Shown: positions 11,436 through 24,299 of the stretch, one piece after another | How the letters are laid out: every line of letters starts with the position of its first letter | Position numbering within the stretch: position 1 is the stretch's first letter | NCBI GenBank assembly: GCA_002633005.1 | Contig: NMRA01000010.1 | Span: forward strand, 985,252-1,049,251 | Reading direction: 5' to 3' | Length of the DNA: 64,000 bases | DNA from: Phoronis australis | Lineage: Eukaryota > Animalia > Phoronida | Program-made: the position numbers and the translations under genes | Notes under the pieces: model-generated | Told to the model about the DNA's origin: nothing | Seen by the model: only the letters and a program-made list of their open reading frames with translations | Database searches by the model: none

Positions 11436-14400
11436 TCTGTAGACGAACCACTGACGTCGCTGCGTCGTTTCTCACCTTCCTCGCAGGTTAACGCGACACC
11501 TCTCGGCAAGGTGAGGTTGACCGTATAAGAGGCGATGTGGATATAGACCGATTAAGAGGTAAAAATGGATATAGACCGATTAAAACGGTAAAAAACACTA
11601 ATTAAATAGGGTGGCATTCCCCTTTAAACTGATATTTCATCATTGTAATGATCTACATGTCCTTGGTTCCTAGCATGGAGTGATCAGAGGAGATTTGCAG
11701 GTCCGTTGGGAAGCAGGCGGCAACCAATAACTAAAGGGGTAAGTTACGATGCGTTATGCCGGACAGAAAGTATAGGCTAAATGGAAGAGCATTTTTCATG
11801 GCACATGGTTACGCTATACGTTATAGTACTCTATCGGAACCCAAAACACACTGTCGGATCGCATGTATGTCGCATTAGCCTAAAGGTAATTATTAATAAT
11901 TGCGTAATTTACGCCGTGATGTAATTTAATTACAGCATGCGTGAATTCCAAACCAAAATCGATTAGTTTACGCACGTTATTTATTACGAACAAACTGTTT
12001 AAAGTGCGTGCCCAATGATTCACACACGTCATTTCCCTTTAGTGACCTACAGTAGTGTACATGTACACTGGTATTTTGAAAGAAAGCCTGGTTAATGCAT
12101 TTTGCAAGGCCAGCATGTTTCTTGATAGGAAGTGTTAGTTAAATACAGTACTCCACTAGACAGTTTGGGGTGGGAATATTTCATATCAATTCATTTCCCA
12201 CCTGTCTTTCGTCTGGTATCAGGTCTGTACGAGGACATACACTCAGAATGTGAGCATGGTGAAGTCATACGGTAGGAGGTCTCAAAGCATTGCTGTTGAC
12301 CACGATACTTCACCACTGTAGCACACGGCATGGATGGGAAAAGTGAATTGTTATGTCTTATCTTTTCAACAGAATTAAAGATAAAGATAAACCTTTGCTT
12401 GATTTGAGATGTACGGATGTCAAAAAACAACGTTTCATTAGCTCACTTATCAACTTTTGAAACGTAGAAAAAATTGATTTGCGAATTAGTTTCGTGTTAA
12501 ATAAGTGATCTACCGTCGAAACCATTAGAAAATGGCAAGCATTTTAATCATTTTGACTTACAAGGTGTACCAGTTATGAAAAAGCTTGACGTTTCCGAGA
12601 ATCTGGAAATAACCATGTTAGAAAACACACGGTCGTTCTGTCGAAAAAACATGCTTGCAATAAAGCGACGTTTAATCATGAGAGACTGAAAAAATGGCGT
12701 GTGCAAGCACTGCTACGGCATTAGGTGAGAACTTTATTAGAGTATCTGCTCGATCGATATGCATTAACTACTTGTAAAAACAGTTTATCTCCTGGTAGAG
12801 TCTTCTACCTGAAATCCTACGTGTATTAATTCAGGTGTGTAAACAAATACTTGGATTTGTCACCATTTTGCTTAAAACGCGACAAATCTGTAATTAAATG
12901 ACGCACAATAGACCAGTTCGTGATGTGAGCTTGCAATGGTAAACTGTATTTGAACTTTGCAATGGAAGCAATATTTTCCCCCTGTGTACTGATCCAGCAC
13001 GGCTAGACAACTCATAAGCAAAAACGACCAATTAGATGCCAGGAGATGTCATCAGCAATTAGCAAACCGAGACACAGCTTTTTTTGCATCTGTGAAACCA
13101 CAGTTGAGTTTTTTGTTTCCCTAACTATTACTCTATCACTCGGACTTTTGATGTAAACTATTCTTAATTTACTTTTTATTTAAAATTGATGTTTCGCGTT
13201 TTTTGTTATTTTTTCCGGGTATTCCTAATTACTAACCCGTACGTCTGCGTGCAGAACGTGAGGTACTGCGGAAGTACATGTAGCTACTGAACAAACTACA
13301 GGTTGTGGGCACTGTCTACATTTATATCAAGAGATGGGTAATTGTATTTTCAACGCGATAACTCTAATGATTTTTATGACGTCGCTTATACAATGGTGAA
13401 TGCTTCGAAAGGCTAAATGTATGATTGAATCTAGTCCAATCAAGTCACGCTGATAATCCATCACATATAATGAATTCTCCATGACTATGTTAAAACGCCA
13501 GCTTGTATTTTTCAACCACTTCCTAACACATCGTTCATAGTAAGTCCTATGCATTAACTGTTATCATCTCCGTCAAAACAATATTCATGGTTGGAATTTC
13601 AACAAAATGTTATAATTTTTATCAAGGATTTTTATAGTACAGCAAGTGTAAACTTCCAAACCTACGTCTGTTTAAGTATAGAAAAAATGCGATGAAATTA
13701 CGGTATTTTAGTTAAACAAACTGATGTATAAGTGTCAACTTAGTGACGAAGTTCCTACAACAAAGCGTACATGTACAGTAATATATAATAACCCATACAA
13801 ATCGTTTAATATACCTTTCTGTAATTTTTAAGGAGACCGTGCACGACGGCAAGCCCTTAATAAATCTGGAATGACCCAAGTGTTCATGGTCGGATCATTT
13901 TCCCAGGCTTATCGTAACAGCGCATTTTAGATTTTTTACTGGAATGACACAAGAATGCAAGAAAACTATAAAACTCTTATCTGGTGAATGTGTTCTTTTA
14001 TTCAAAGGAAGCAACTTGTATGCATATTGTTTTCCTTTTATATAATCTAAACACTAAGCTAAAATTTAGATAGAACCTTTGCTTACATCATCATCCCCTT
14101 GGATTTTTTACGGACAGCGAGAGACGTTAAATACACTTAAGGGTTACTGATGGGACAATAATCATCCCGAACAGCCCCCGCCGACAGACCAGGGATACTA
14201 AGTGTACTGTAAGATGTACAGAACTTAACGTCATTTTGTATGCTACGAGAGGTTCAGTTTATCATGATGCAAGTAAACATGTTGCATCTATTCAAACACT
14301 GAATACCAGTTTATAGAGCAGTAGATCGCCTGCGTGACACTTTTCGGATTTTGGACTGGAGGACAAGAATCCCACAATTCTATGCTCTGCAATGCGCACG

Positions 14401-15775
14401 CATATATCTTTGTTATCCGCAAACAGGTGATATTTATGCCAAACATTGCCACATTATGTGGTTCCGATGGGGATCATTTTCCAGACACTGTCCAACGCAG
14501 TTTTCATGTACTTGCCAGTTTTCGACTAAAAGCTATTAAGAAAATAACACGACTTGGTATCAAAAGCAACGCCAGAATTCAAAACGTCACCCAGTCATAC
14601 TGGCAAGATACGCAACATTAATGACACTAGAACATACAGCATAACAGTTTACGGATAAAGGCAATATATTACACCTAAATGTCAAATACTAATCAGCATG
14701 CGAGCTCTCGAGACACTCTACAGTAGACCATACTTGTACTTTTGCGTTTTTGCTGCTTAGATTAAACGCATACCTTTAATCTTTTCTTGACGCTGTGTAA
14801 TGGCGAACGTTCGATGTTGATATCATTCAACGTCACGTGTGGGATTCGACTCGCCTGCATGATCGGACGATGTTGGCATGCATGTAATTTGCCAACATTT
14901 CCCTCTGCCGTAGAAATGGGCGTGTTCTCACACGTGAGATGGTAATTTTTACCTGCAACTACCTCCCGCCATATCCCTCCATGCGATTCTTAAAAGTAAT
15001 GGCTCCTAATTAAGTGCGTGTAACTCAGCGTCATATAAAAATCCATATATATGTACATGTAAGTGCGAGAAAGCAAGAGATCGAGCTTAGCGCCAGGAGT
15101 GATTAGAAAACAAAGGTGTAATGTTAAAAACCGTTTTGATTGGCGTTTGTGGGGAGAGAGATAACCCGAGTCGCCATAGCAACGCGATGTCCAACGGTGA
15201 TTCTTTCTTCATTTAGAATTGCAAATAAATTGATGGGTTTGCTGTATAAACTAAATTCAACTTGATTAATCAGCTGTTAACGCTGAAACGGTGGGAAGGC
15301 AAACTTGTAGGGCAGAGCAAACCTGATTAAGCACTCGTGGTAAATTTTCAGTTTTAGAAAATGTAGCCTGGTGTATGGTATAAACCAAAAAACGTGTGCA
15401 ATTCAACACAAAGCTTCATACGTAGTCAAACAATGCAGGGAATGATAACATGTGGGAACAACTAACTGGCAGGTGTTCATGTACCTGAAGTTGACAGTGT
15501 CTACATGCAGGTGACCAACCTGCAATCTTTTGGCACAATGGCGAATTTGGATATCGTGATTTAAACAAAACAACTGTCGAAAGGAAATGTACGCGTTATA
15601 CCTAATGTAGAATGCCGACGGCGTTTATTGGTCGTGACCGTAGGACCCCTAAATCTTTCTGTGTGAATGCTGACAATTCATGTTAATCCTGTTTGTCACC
15701 TATATCCCGCCATCACAACGCAATGTGCTTTAAATAACGCGGCGGCTTACAAACCACAATTTTCACCTAATATTC

Positions 15776-15812
15776 ATAATAACAATATAAACAATAACAA
15801 TAACAACAACAA

Positions 15813-15843
<31 letters not shown>

Positions 15844-15907
15844 GATAATAGCAATGACAATGACAATGATAATAATGATAATAATAAAAATAATAATAAT
15901 AATACTG

Positions 15908-15944
<37 letters not shown>

Positions 15945-15958
15945 CAGCAGTGACAATA
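15776..15958. repeat. Compound trinucleotide microsatellite (AAC/AGC/AAT)
   Basis: Visible directly. It produces the low-complexity ORFs at 15667, 15767 and 15774. Confidence 0.95.
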
Positions 15959-17232
15959 GAAGTGGTGCCACAATTCTGCTAAATAAAGTACGCCACAAAG
16001 GTCCATTGCAACAGGCATTGTGCATTTAGTTTGCTGCTCATACTCAGCAAGTCTACCAGCCTGCTTGAGGAAGTACGCAACCATTTTTTGTTGTACTAGT
16101 TAAGTATTTACTGATACCAGTGTACTTCCAAAGTAGCCTTTTCTAATTTCTTTTCGCAGTCACTTCTGTTAGTCCAAGTCTTCTGTTTAATGACCCAGGC
16201 CCGTAACCAGCACTGGGTTGATTCGAAACTCTAGAACAGTGAACCTTTGATATTTGCAAACGTCGACACTGTAAAGTTTTCGGTAAGGCCCTTGACGCAG
16301 CTTACATAGGGGCAAGGGAAATCTATGTACGCGAAGATGATTCTCAGCTCTGTTTCTGAGATGACACGGAACTTGTAATACCAGAAATGAGGATGCTGTG
16401 GACGTTGCTCGTAAAGAACGTGTCACATATTCGGATGCAATGTGGTCCAGCACTAGAACGTTCTCTCGTTACCTCCTGTCAAAATTTCAAATAAGGCATG
16501 CTTAAATGAGTCATTGCACCTCATTACATGCTCAGACGGAAATATGAAGTTCAGTCGGAGAATTACTTAACGAAATTGTTTATTTTGTTGTATTTTTGCA
16601 CGTTACTGAAGCTTCTTAAATGGAAAATGGGAAAAGCCCTCTATTTCGAAGGTTTACTATCCCTAGGATTCATTATCATGAAGGTTCACTGCTCCGAAAA
16701 TATCTAAACTTTCAGACTCAGGTGTAATTTTTATACTTTTACACGCAGAAAATAAACGATACTTTGGGTTTTAGATGCACCTATATCGAGAACAACGTCC
16801 AGGTACTAAAGCACTTTGTTTGGATTTCATTTAGACAGCGACCACTGTGTAGCTGGCCAGTACAACTAGAGACGGTGGTCACTGTCTAGATTCATTTCCA
16901 ATGTATGCGAAATTACCCGCATGTCTTAGCACAGAAAAATGAGTACGCATTTGCATTTTTAAAGAAAATATGAAGTACATAGGAATATTGATGAATTATC
17001 AACCACGATACATTCATTAAATCCATGTCAAGATCGCATAGCAGCACGACTAAATACATGTAGTTTAGGGTCGCTGCGCCTCAACCTGAACCACGGAACC
17101 ACGAGCACGGCCGGGTCGAACGTAAATGTAGTTAGTGAGGTCCCTCCGTCCTTGCCAGTCTTCACGAACTCAGGGAGTCCCATTCTGTCTACTTAAACTT
17201 AAAACTGGCTTTGGCAGTTGCAGCCCTGACCC

Positions 17233-17303
17233 CATGGGCGGCGCAACAATGAAATAAGTCGGGGGGTGTAGGCCCCCCAGACCCGTATGGTGCGCCGCCT
17301 ATG
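17233..17303. mobile_element. 71-bp MITE with near-perfect 5-bp TSD
   Basis: TIR catgggcggcgcaac / ggtgcgccgcctatg, flanks gaccc/gatcc. Confidence 0.55.
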
Positions 17304-19380
17304 GATCCAGGCTGCAGCTGTTGTCCCTGTATGCTTGACAATGCGTCGTGAGCAGACAATCAGAATAGTGAACTGTCGGAGTTCTGGTTTTGGAATTGGG
17401 GAAATTCTAAGTAGTGAAATTTCGAAGGCAGCGAACTTTCTGAGTCATAGTGAGCATCCGGATTAGCAAACCGTCGGCATACATGTAGTGACATGTAACC
17501 TTGGAAACCTTTTCCATCAAGTTTGTTGCTCGTATGAAGTCTGCAGAGCTGATCCAAAGGACAATGATTGACAAGAGGAGACTTTCTTCGTTGACCGAGT
17601 TGAGGTCTAGCCCTTCTTTTCCCTAATAAAGTGAAAATGCTTGACGGGGTTTTTTCAGTACACGAAAACACATCTGTTGAATGTTTTTTAGCACAGCGGA
17701 GGACTGCTTATAGCGAATATGCAGTCAGCTGACTGTAAAAACGGAAACACACACACACACACGTGTACACGCATACATGTATATGTCAACCCACCAATCC
17801 ACAGTCAGACACTGAATGAACAACATGTTTGCATATTTGACGATCAGTTTCAATTCAAAATTTGAAAATGCCCACATTTCACGGTAATATGCTAGCAATT
17901 AAACCAAAAAAGAAGAACAAATCTCTTATTACGACATCACCTTGTTACCCTTTGGTGTTTCCACCTCGCGCGTTCAATGCCGATATAGCCTCCCTCCATC
18001 GTCTGACCGATGTCTTGTCATCTACATGGACAAACAACGCTCGGGCGAAGTTGGACGGGTACGGCCCGATGCCACATGAAGCGCTTTGAATTTGAAGAAA
18101 TTAAAAAATTGTTTCTAACTTAGTTCATTCCGTGAATAATACGCTTACAAGGAAGTCAAGCCCTTCTAAAGATATGCGGGAATTTTCACCGCTCGTCCTT
18201 CTAAGCAGCTTGTACTAGGATCAAAAAGAGCGCGGCGAAGGAATTAGGTACAATTGTGATGACTGCATTGCCCGATGCGACCAAAACCCAATTAAGCAAT
18301 TAAGTGTAATTACCCAACCATGAACTGTATTAAACATCTCTGACTGTACCCAATGGCGAATTTTCAAAATCCATTAACCATTAGTTTTCGTTAAAATGAA
18401 CACCACAGCGGTATTCAGCTGGAAAAAAGCAACCAAGTACAGTTTTCTATTTTTAAAAATTGATGAACTAATAATCTAAAAACTACAACCATTGGGTACG
18501 ATTGAAGATAAAATACCGCGCGTATTGATATACTAGATGGATATACAAACGCTGATTAGAGTTAACAATATCACATGGATTCATTTTTTAATATTCTTTC
18601 AATCTCGTTTAACCAGATTTTTGACCAGGAAACAGTTGTACTTAACTTGTGGCCACTTTTCATTTTTCATTACTGACAAAGAGCTAGAATAGTTATATAG
18701 TTAGTGCCACCGAAATTGTCCAGAGATTCCAAATCTTCAGTTTCGTTATCACCATATTTGCACTTGTGTATATATTTTATAATTTAAGTTCTAATAACGA
18801 TTGAACTTTAATGTACCTGTAATGTGGAAAGTTCAGGGGTGGTCTCACAATGGACTTAGCTAATTAAGTTTCGCTGGCGATCAAATCTACCACTGTTTTG
18901 GTACTTCAAGTTCAAAACTTAGATAAAAAATTATCAACCCGTTTCCGGTAAGAAAAACAAAACAAAACAAGTGGGCAGGAGCATTAAAAATCAAATAACG
19001 AAAACCAATATGAAACATATCGTTCCTTTGGGAAGTGGCCCTTTGTGAAGATAAACACAAGTTAACCTGTTTAGTCATTTTGTAATATTTATAATGTACC
19101 AAGTTAAAACTACTCTCCAGAGTTGCAGGCTGCAACTCTGCAAATGTCATAGAAAACCAAATTGGGGATACTAACAACAACCATTGTTGAGACAGCAATG
19201 CTAGCTATTACCTTTCCACTTCATTAGCTCAGATCCATCAATACAAAGGGCGTGCTGAATAAGCATCGTAAAAGTCACGGTTGTCTGGGGATAAGGGAAT
19301 CTGAGCGGTGATCGGTGTAAGCGAGAAATTCTACACATGATCATTGTAGTTAGTAGTATCAGTAACAGCAACACTTATGT

Positions 19381-19580
19381 TGTTGTTGTCAAACTATATC
19401 CTATATCCATCGAACACCCTTGTTGTTGTCCATCTATATCCTATATCGATCGAACACCCCTGTTGTTATCCATCCATATCCTACATCAATTGAACACCCC
19501 TGTTGTTGTCCATCTATATCCTATATCGATCGAACACGCCTGTTGTTGTCCATCCATATCCTATATCGATTGAACACCCC
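19381..19580. repeat. Minisatellite, 5 x 40 bp
   Basis: Unit tgttgttgtccatctatatcctatatcgatcgaacacccc, repeated in exact 40-bp register. Confidence 0.95.
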
Positions 19581-21269
19581 CTGGCTACGAGCCTGTGACC
19601 ATCCCTTACTCCTAAAATGCAGGAGGCACAAAGGACACGTAATAACGGTTCAGGTCCTTGGACCTCAAGTTCTGAACCAAGTTTGGCTTCTCAATCAGTT
19701 GCCTCGTTATCCTGGATACCAACGTGTCGAGGGGTTCAGAGAACTGTAATATGGTTATATTTACTTGTACATTATTTAGGCACGTTATACACTGATTATA
19801 CAATATATTTCTACGGCATCGGACTGAGGCGCACTATTTAATGTTATTCGCTATCAATACTTCAGAAAGTGTTGAACTTTACCCAAGCAAAATCCTGCAT
19901 TATTGTCACTGTTTTATTGCTTCAAAATATAAATTGTACTTGCCAAAACACGCTGAACTAAGGGTTTTAGTCAATAACGACAAATCGCAATTACGTTTCA
20001 CTATATTATTAAACGCACAACACACATCTTCTTTCATCCGTGATCACAGCTTTGCAGTGGAAGTATGACTTTAGAAAAGTGAAAACTGGTGTCAAAACTA
20101 ATAGTTGCATGTCGGCTTCAAATTGCAAAATAAGTCCTCAGCTGTAACAACACAATTTATTGCAAGTATAAGTTGTACAACAAAACATGATTTACGGAAC
20201 ATTATCAGCTGTCCAACAACAATCAAAACTGCATTTTGCACTGTTTAGCTGACTAAATATCATGAAATCGAATTTAGTTCTTTTAGTCTCATAACATGAG
20301 GCGTAGTAATATTCCTTGTTGCGATAGGATGGCGCTTCCCTTTCTAACTCAAGTCAAAGACAATGTTCACACGCATTACTTTCGAATTCACAATTGTAAG
20401 GTTGGCAAATTCCAATGAAGTCTGAAGCACTTTCTTGATACGTTGGTAGTTTCGACGTTCAAAAATAGAATCTTGTCACAGTAAGGACAGTAGCGAGATT
20501 CTTGTCGTGCATCCAGTATTGTGAGCATCTGAATTCTTAGTTTAGCGTTGATATTAAAAATGTCATCTATAATATTCATTTGCTGTTTTTTATTTCAAAT
20601 GTTATTGTCACATACAAACTAACTGATAGATCGTATTCCAGAAAACATTAACAGACCAAGTAGAATGAGCTCAACAACACACATGCCAAATATCGTATGA
20701 TGACATCTGGCTTACCTCAAAATCCAACTGCTGACTGTGGTTTGGTAATAGGCCCAATTATGTTGCGCACCCAGCAGAGTAAATGCGAAACGTTTCATTA
20801 CAACATTAAACATGTAAAAGTCACATGCCTTGTCCATTTTCAAAATTGAAAACCATAATCACGTGTGCTTTTTACGAACTATTCAAATGGGCTATTAACA
20901 AACTTTCAAAACGATAATTATAAATATTATTGTCGCTCTCAATGTGTCTATAATGGGTCTCATTATCTAGAGAACGATAGCGTCAGCAGCCCGAGGCGAT
21001 TTAATAAACCACAACAACATGGTATCTTTGATCTAAACCGGCACATTCTGTGGTGCGTAAACCCGTCCAGTTGCCCAATCTCCACCGGTGAGGGTGTCAA
21101 CGCGGCATTCTTTTCACGATCATTAACACTAAAGTAGCGGTCCCTCACTCTACAGGAGATTGCTTAGCATTTGATGTTACCACCAGCTTGCAAATATTTG
21201 GAGGCGGGGACTGTGAAAACACTCCACATTTTGTGGCTACTAACACGTATTCGCAGAATGAGAAATCAA

Positions 21270-21356
21270 TATTTCACTTGCCCTATGTGTAAGTGCACCT
21301 ATTCAATGAAATCTGCTGAATCACCGTGTGGGCATACCTTTTGTTCCATTTGTTTT
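21270..21356 (+). pseudogene. RING-HC zinc-finger fragment, likely transposon-derived
   Basis: YFTCPMCKCTYSMKSAESPCGHTFCSICF contains C-x2-C ... C-x-H-x2-C-x2-C. The ORF stops before an intact last Cys pair. Confidence 0.6.
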
Positions 21357-21809
21357 GTCAGGCCCGTTTCAAAACATGAAAACAATTAAAATGTAATAAG
21401 CGATAGATTCGGCAACTATGGAAAATCCACTAGTGCTCTTTAGTTTCGAGCCAACACTTAGAGAACCGTGAACATTCAATGCCCTCAAGAACAGATGAAT
21501 ACACATGTACATGTACACTGTATCAACAAATATCGAACCAAAATGCAGATCAACTAGTGCAATAAAATGAACTAAATCTGGTCGTGTGAAGTCGTTAAAT
21601 TGGAAATACTGAACAATCACAGAGAGCTGACAAAATTACCTGACAATTGGACAGTGTGTTGAGACAANATGTAGGAGAGACAGATGTTTGTATACTAATA
21701 CCGAATACCGCTCAGGCGTAATGGACTCCTGGCGGACAAAAACCAAAACGCCGACTATTGAGGGTGGCGGGAATTCGGATGTTTGTTGCAAAATAGATCA
21801 GAATTCCAG

Positions 21810-24245
21810 CAACATTTCGCTGTCCGATTATGACAAGACGTCACCGTCGGATGCTAAGAAACGATACGCAGAAAAGCTGTTGTTTAATGAGGGAGAAAAG
21901 ATATTGCCAGATCCACAAATTAGTCAGCGATACGAGTAACTGACTGAACGTCGAGTTTGGTGATATTTGACTTCATTGAAACTCAGAGGAAAAACACAAA
22001 ATCGACCTTGAAAGCCGGCAAGTCGCTAGAGGCGTACAAGAGAGACTTGTTAAATTGATATGGTTTTGCATTTCACCGTAAAAATACACAGCGTTGCAGC
22101 GAAGACGAGGCCTTTCCCAGTCGCGGTCCAGACACCATCACGACTGATTGGCGTCTTAAACAGATTCTCAACTTCACGACCAAACCAGACCTATTCACAT
22201 TATACTCCTGCCCCTCGATCAGTAACGCTAGAACTTCACTAAAAACAAAATTTTGTGAGATTACGTGAGATATTGCAGTGCATTTTAAATGAGGACACGT
22301 GACTGACTAGATTTTAGGTATTCCTAGCCTTACTGAACGCACCCCTGGTGGAGAGAGTGGATTCTCACAGACAAATGTTTACTACATAATGTAGTTAAAA
22401 AGGGACCGTTCACACGCATGTATTGCCATTTTTATGAGTGTGCACTCTTCGTTCCTCATCCCCCTACACGAACCAAAATGTCAAACAAAGTATTGTAGCA
22501 TGGTGGTTAGTAGTCATGTTAAATTCGTGCAATGCAATACGGTTGGTCACTAAGTGCTCTTTGTGCCATTAAGTTTACACAGCCTAGACTCACAGAGAGG
22601 CCGCACAAATCCTAGGTGTATTTAGAAAAAAGATTCGGCCACTGCTGAATGTGTACACTGCACATGCATGAAAGCTTAATTCAAGGGTGGTAGGTTATCT
22701 TACGAAAGATATTTTTGTAAGGCATTAAAATAGTGCTTAAGGCAGAAATGGTTCAAAACATGCCATGAATTATAGACAGGTAAAAAACAGTAAGGCATTA
22801 TGGGAATCATCAACATCAACAGCATTCATGCAGCAGTATGTCTTCACAAACTTGACATGTTTGTAATGTTTATACATATTTTCAGGCCTGGCGTAAAGTG
22901 CGCAGCAAGTTGACAGTGCTGCTGTTTAAAGGGGAAATGGGCGTCAAGCTACCGTCTGTACGTCTAAATGTATCGGGAACAACCAGTGAACCATGTCAGT
23001 TTGACCAGTCGTTTGAAAACAGCTACTTGGGTACATACAGAGAGATCGAACCGATTCTAGTTTATAGGTACTGCTCAACAGGCACTAATAATCTAAAAAG
23101 CACTAGGTGCCAAACCTATTTGACTGTGTAGTTTACATCATAACTTTTGACATGCTTAGATAATAAAGAATGTGCTCAGATAACTGATAAAGATACATCG
23201 AGTAACTCACTCAACCTTTTCCCAAAATTGATTATTATTGCCGGTGTAGGAGACATAAAAGTAAAGATTTTGAAGATTTTGAATATAAAAAGATTCATGT
23301 TTTTCCATGTTGAGCTGGTCCGAACAATTGTACTCATGTGACTCATTAAAATTTGCCAGCTTCTCAGGTATTGAAAACAGCCTTTCAATTTATTTCAGTA
23401 GCAGCCAAAGGCAATTCCCAAGTTTCTAGAGCATGTGTACGGGTTAAGGTTAGAACCTGTGGACATACAGATGGTTTCAGACAAGGACATACTTTCATCA
23501 ATAGACGCCCCTTGGTCACTTAAAGAGACATGTTCACGTGGAGTTTTGTTCACCAAGCTTCCTCCCTTGGACCTCGAAGAGAGCGCCTCCTGTTCTGACT
23601 CAGTTGACAAACCTGTTGCCATTCAGTTCCTGAGATCGACGAAGCTGGTGCCCATCAACTCTTGCGATTGTAGTACCTGTTGTCCTTCAGGTCTTGTGAG
23701 ATCTATACGTATCCCACATAGCTACAGCCGGGACAAACCTGTAGGATGTCAGTCGAGCTGCGAGGGACGGGTAAAAGTGTGACGAGAAACTAGTGAGAGA
23801 GCTTTGGAGAGCAGACCTGGCTGCAGTATGAATGTCCACTGTGGTTTGAGCACAGGAGGGGACAAATTGAATGACAGGATCGGAAGAGCGAGGCGTTATT
23901 GCTTGACGAGATCAGACACATCCAAAGAACCTTAAGTTGTTATAACCTGTGTCGAAACAGGGCTGTAAAGTGTTTCCTCGACAACGAAAAGCATGTGCAT
24001 GGAGAGTATATTGAGTCCAAAAAAGCTGCTCCTTCAAAGTTTGATGCGAAAATTGTAGGTTCTTGCGGGTCTTGCCGCATCAGGCGATGGTGTTACCATA
24101 CGTGATTGTTGCGAAGAACGAGCTCTTGAAATCAAATGTCCACACAAACACGCAAGTGTGACAATTTCAGAAGATGTTGCTGCGGATATCAGTTTTTGTT
24201 TATATCTGTCGCCAAACTTCAAGAAAAAGCACAGGTATTACAGGT
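21810..24245 (+). pseudogene. Decayed SWIM + YqaJ (lambda-exonuclease-like) gene of an ISL2EU/Harbinger-related transposon
   Basis: Collinear fragments: KKRYAEKL..LPDP and VEFGDI..LKA.KSLEAY (21850-22040); ECVHCTCM (~22646-22670); after acceptor tttcag, LTVLLFK.EMGV (~22886-22950); LAASGDG..DCC...LEIKCPHK...KKKHRYY (24071-24241). The gene is interrupted by a MITE and by unrelated sequence. Confidence 0.7.
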
Positions 24246-24299
24246 CAACTTCAAGAAGAAGAACGAGAACGAATAAGGAGAAAACATCAATTTCCACAT

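Noticed and set aside
12191-12430. KolX-like accessory protein fragment near the THAP relic
   Set aside because: Only short HAVC and YRM-like motifs in different frames were seen, which is too weak without a profile search.
15667-16084. Poly-N/S, poly-L and poly-Y/C proteins
   Set aside because: These are translations of a trinucleotide microsatellite.
19381-19580. CRISPR array or Cys-rich repeat protein (ORFs 19337, 19420)
   Set aside because: It is a head-to-tail 40-bp tandem with no spacers. The unit length is not a multiple of 3, so the ORFs are artefacts.
21668-21668. Single ambiguous base N
   Set aside because: An assembly ambiguity rather than a feature. If it marks a contig join, the adjacency of the RING and YqaJ relics should be treated cautiously.
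23176-23782. Ser-rich ORFs as a host exon
   Set aside because: No recognisable domain or consistent splice sites. They lie inside a TE cluster and are probably an inserted fragment.
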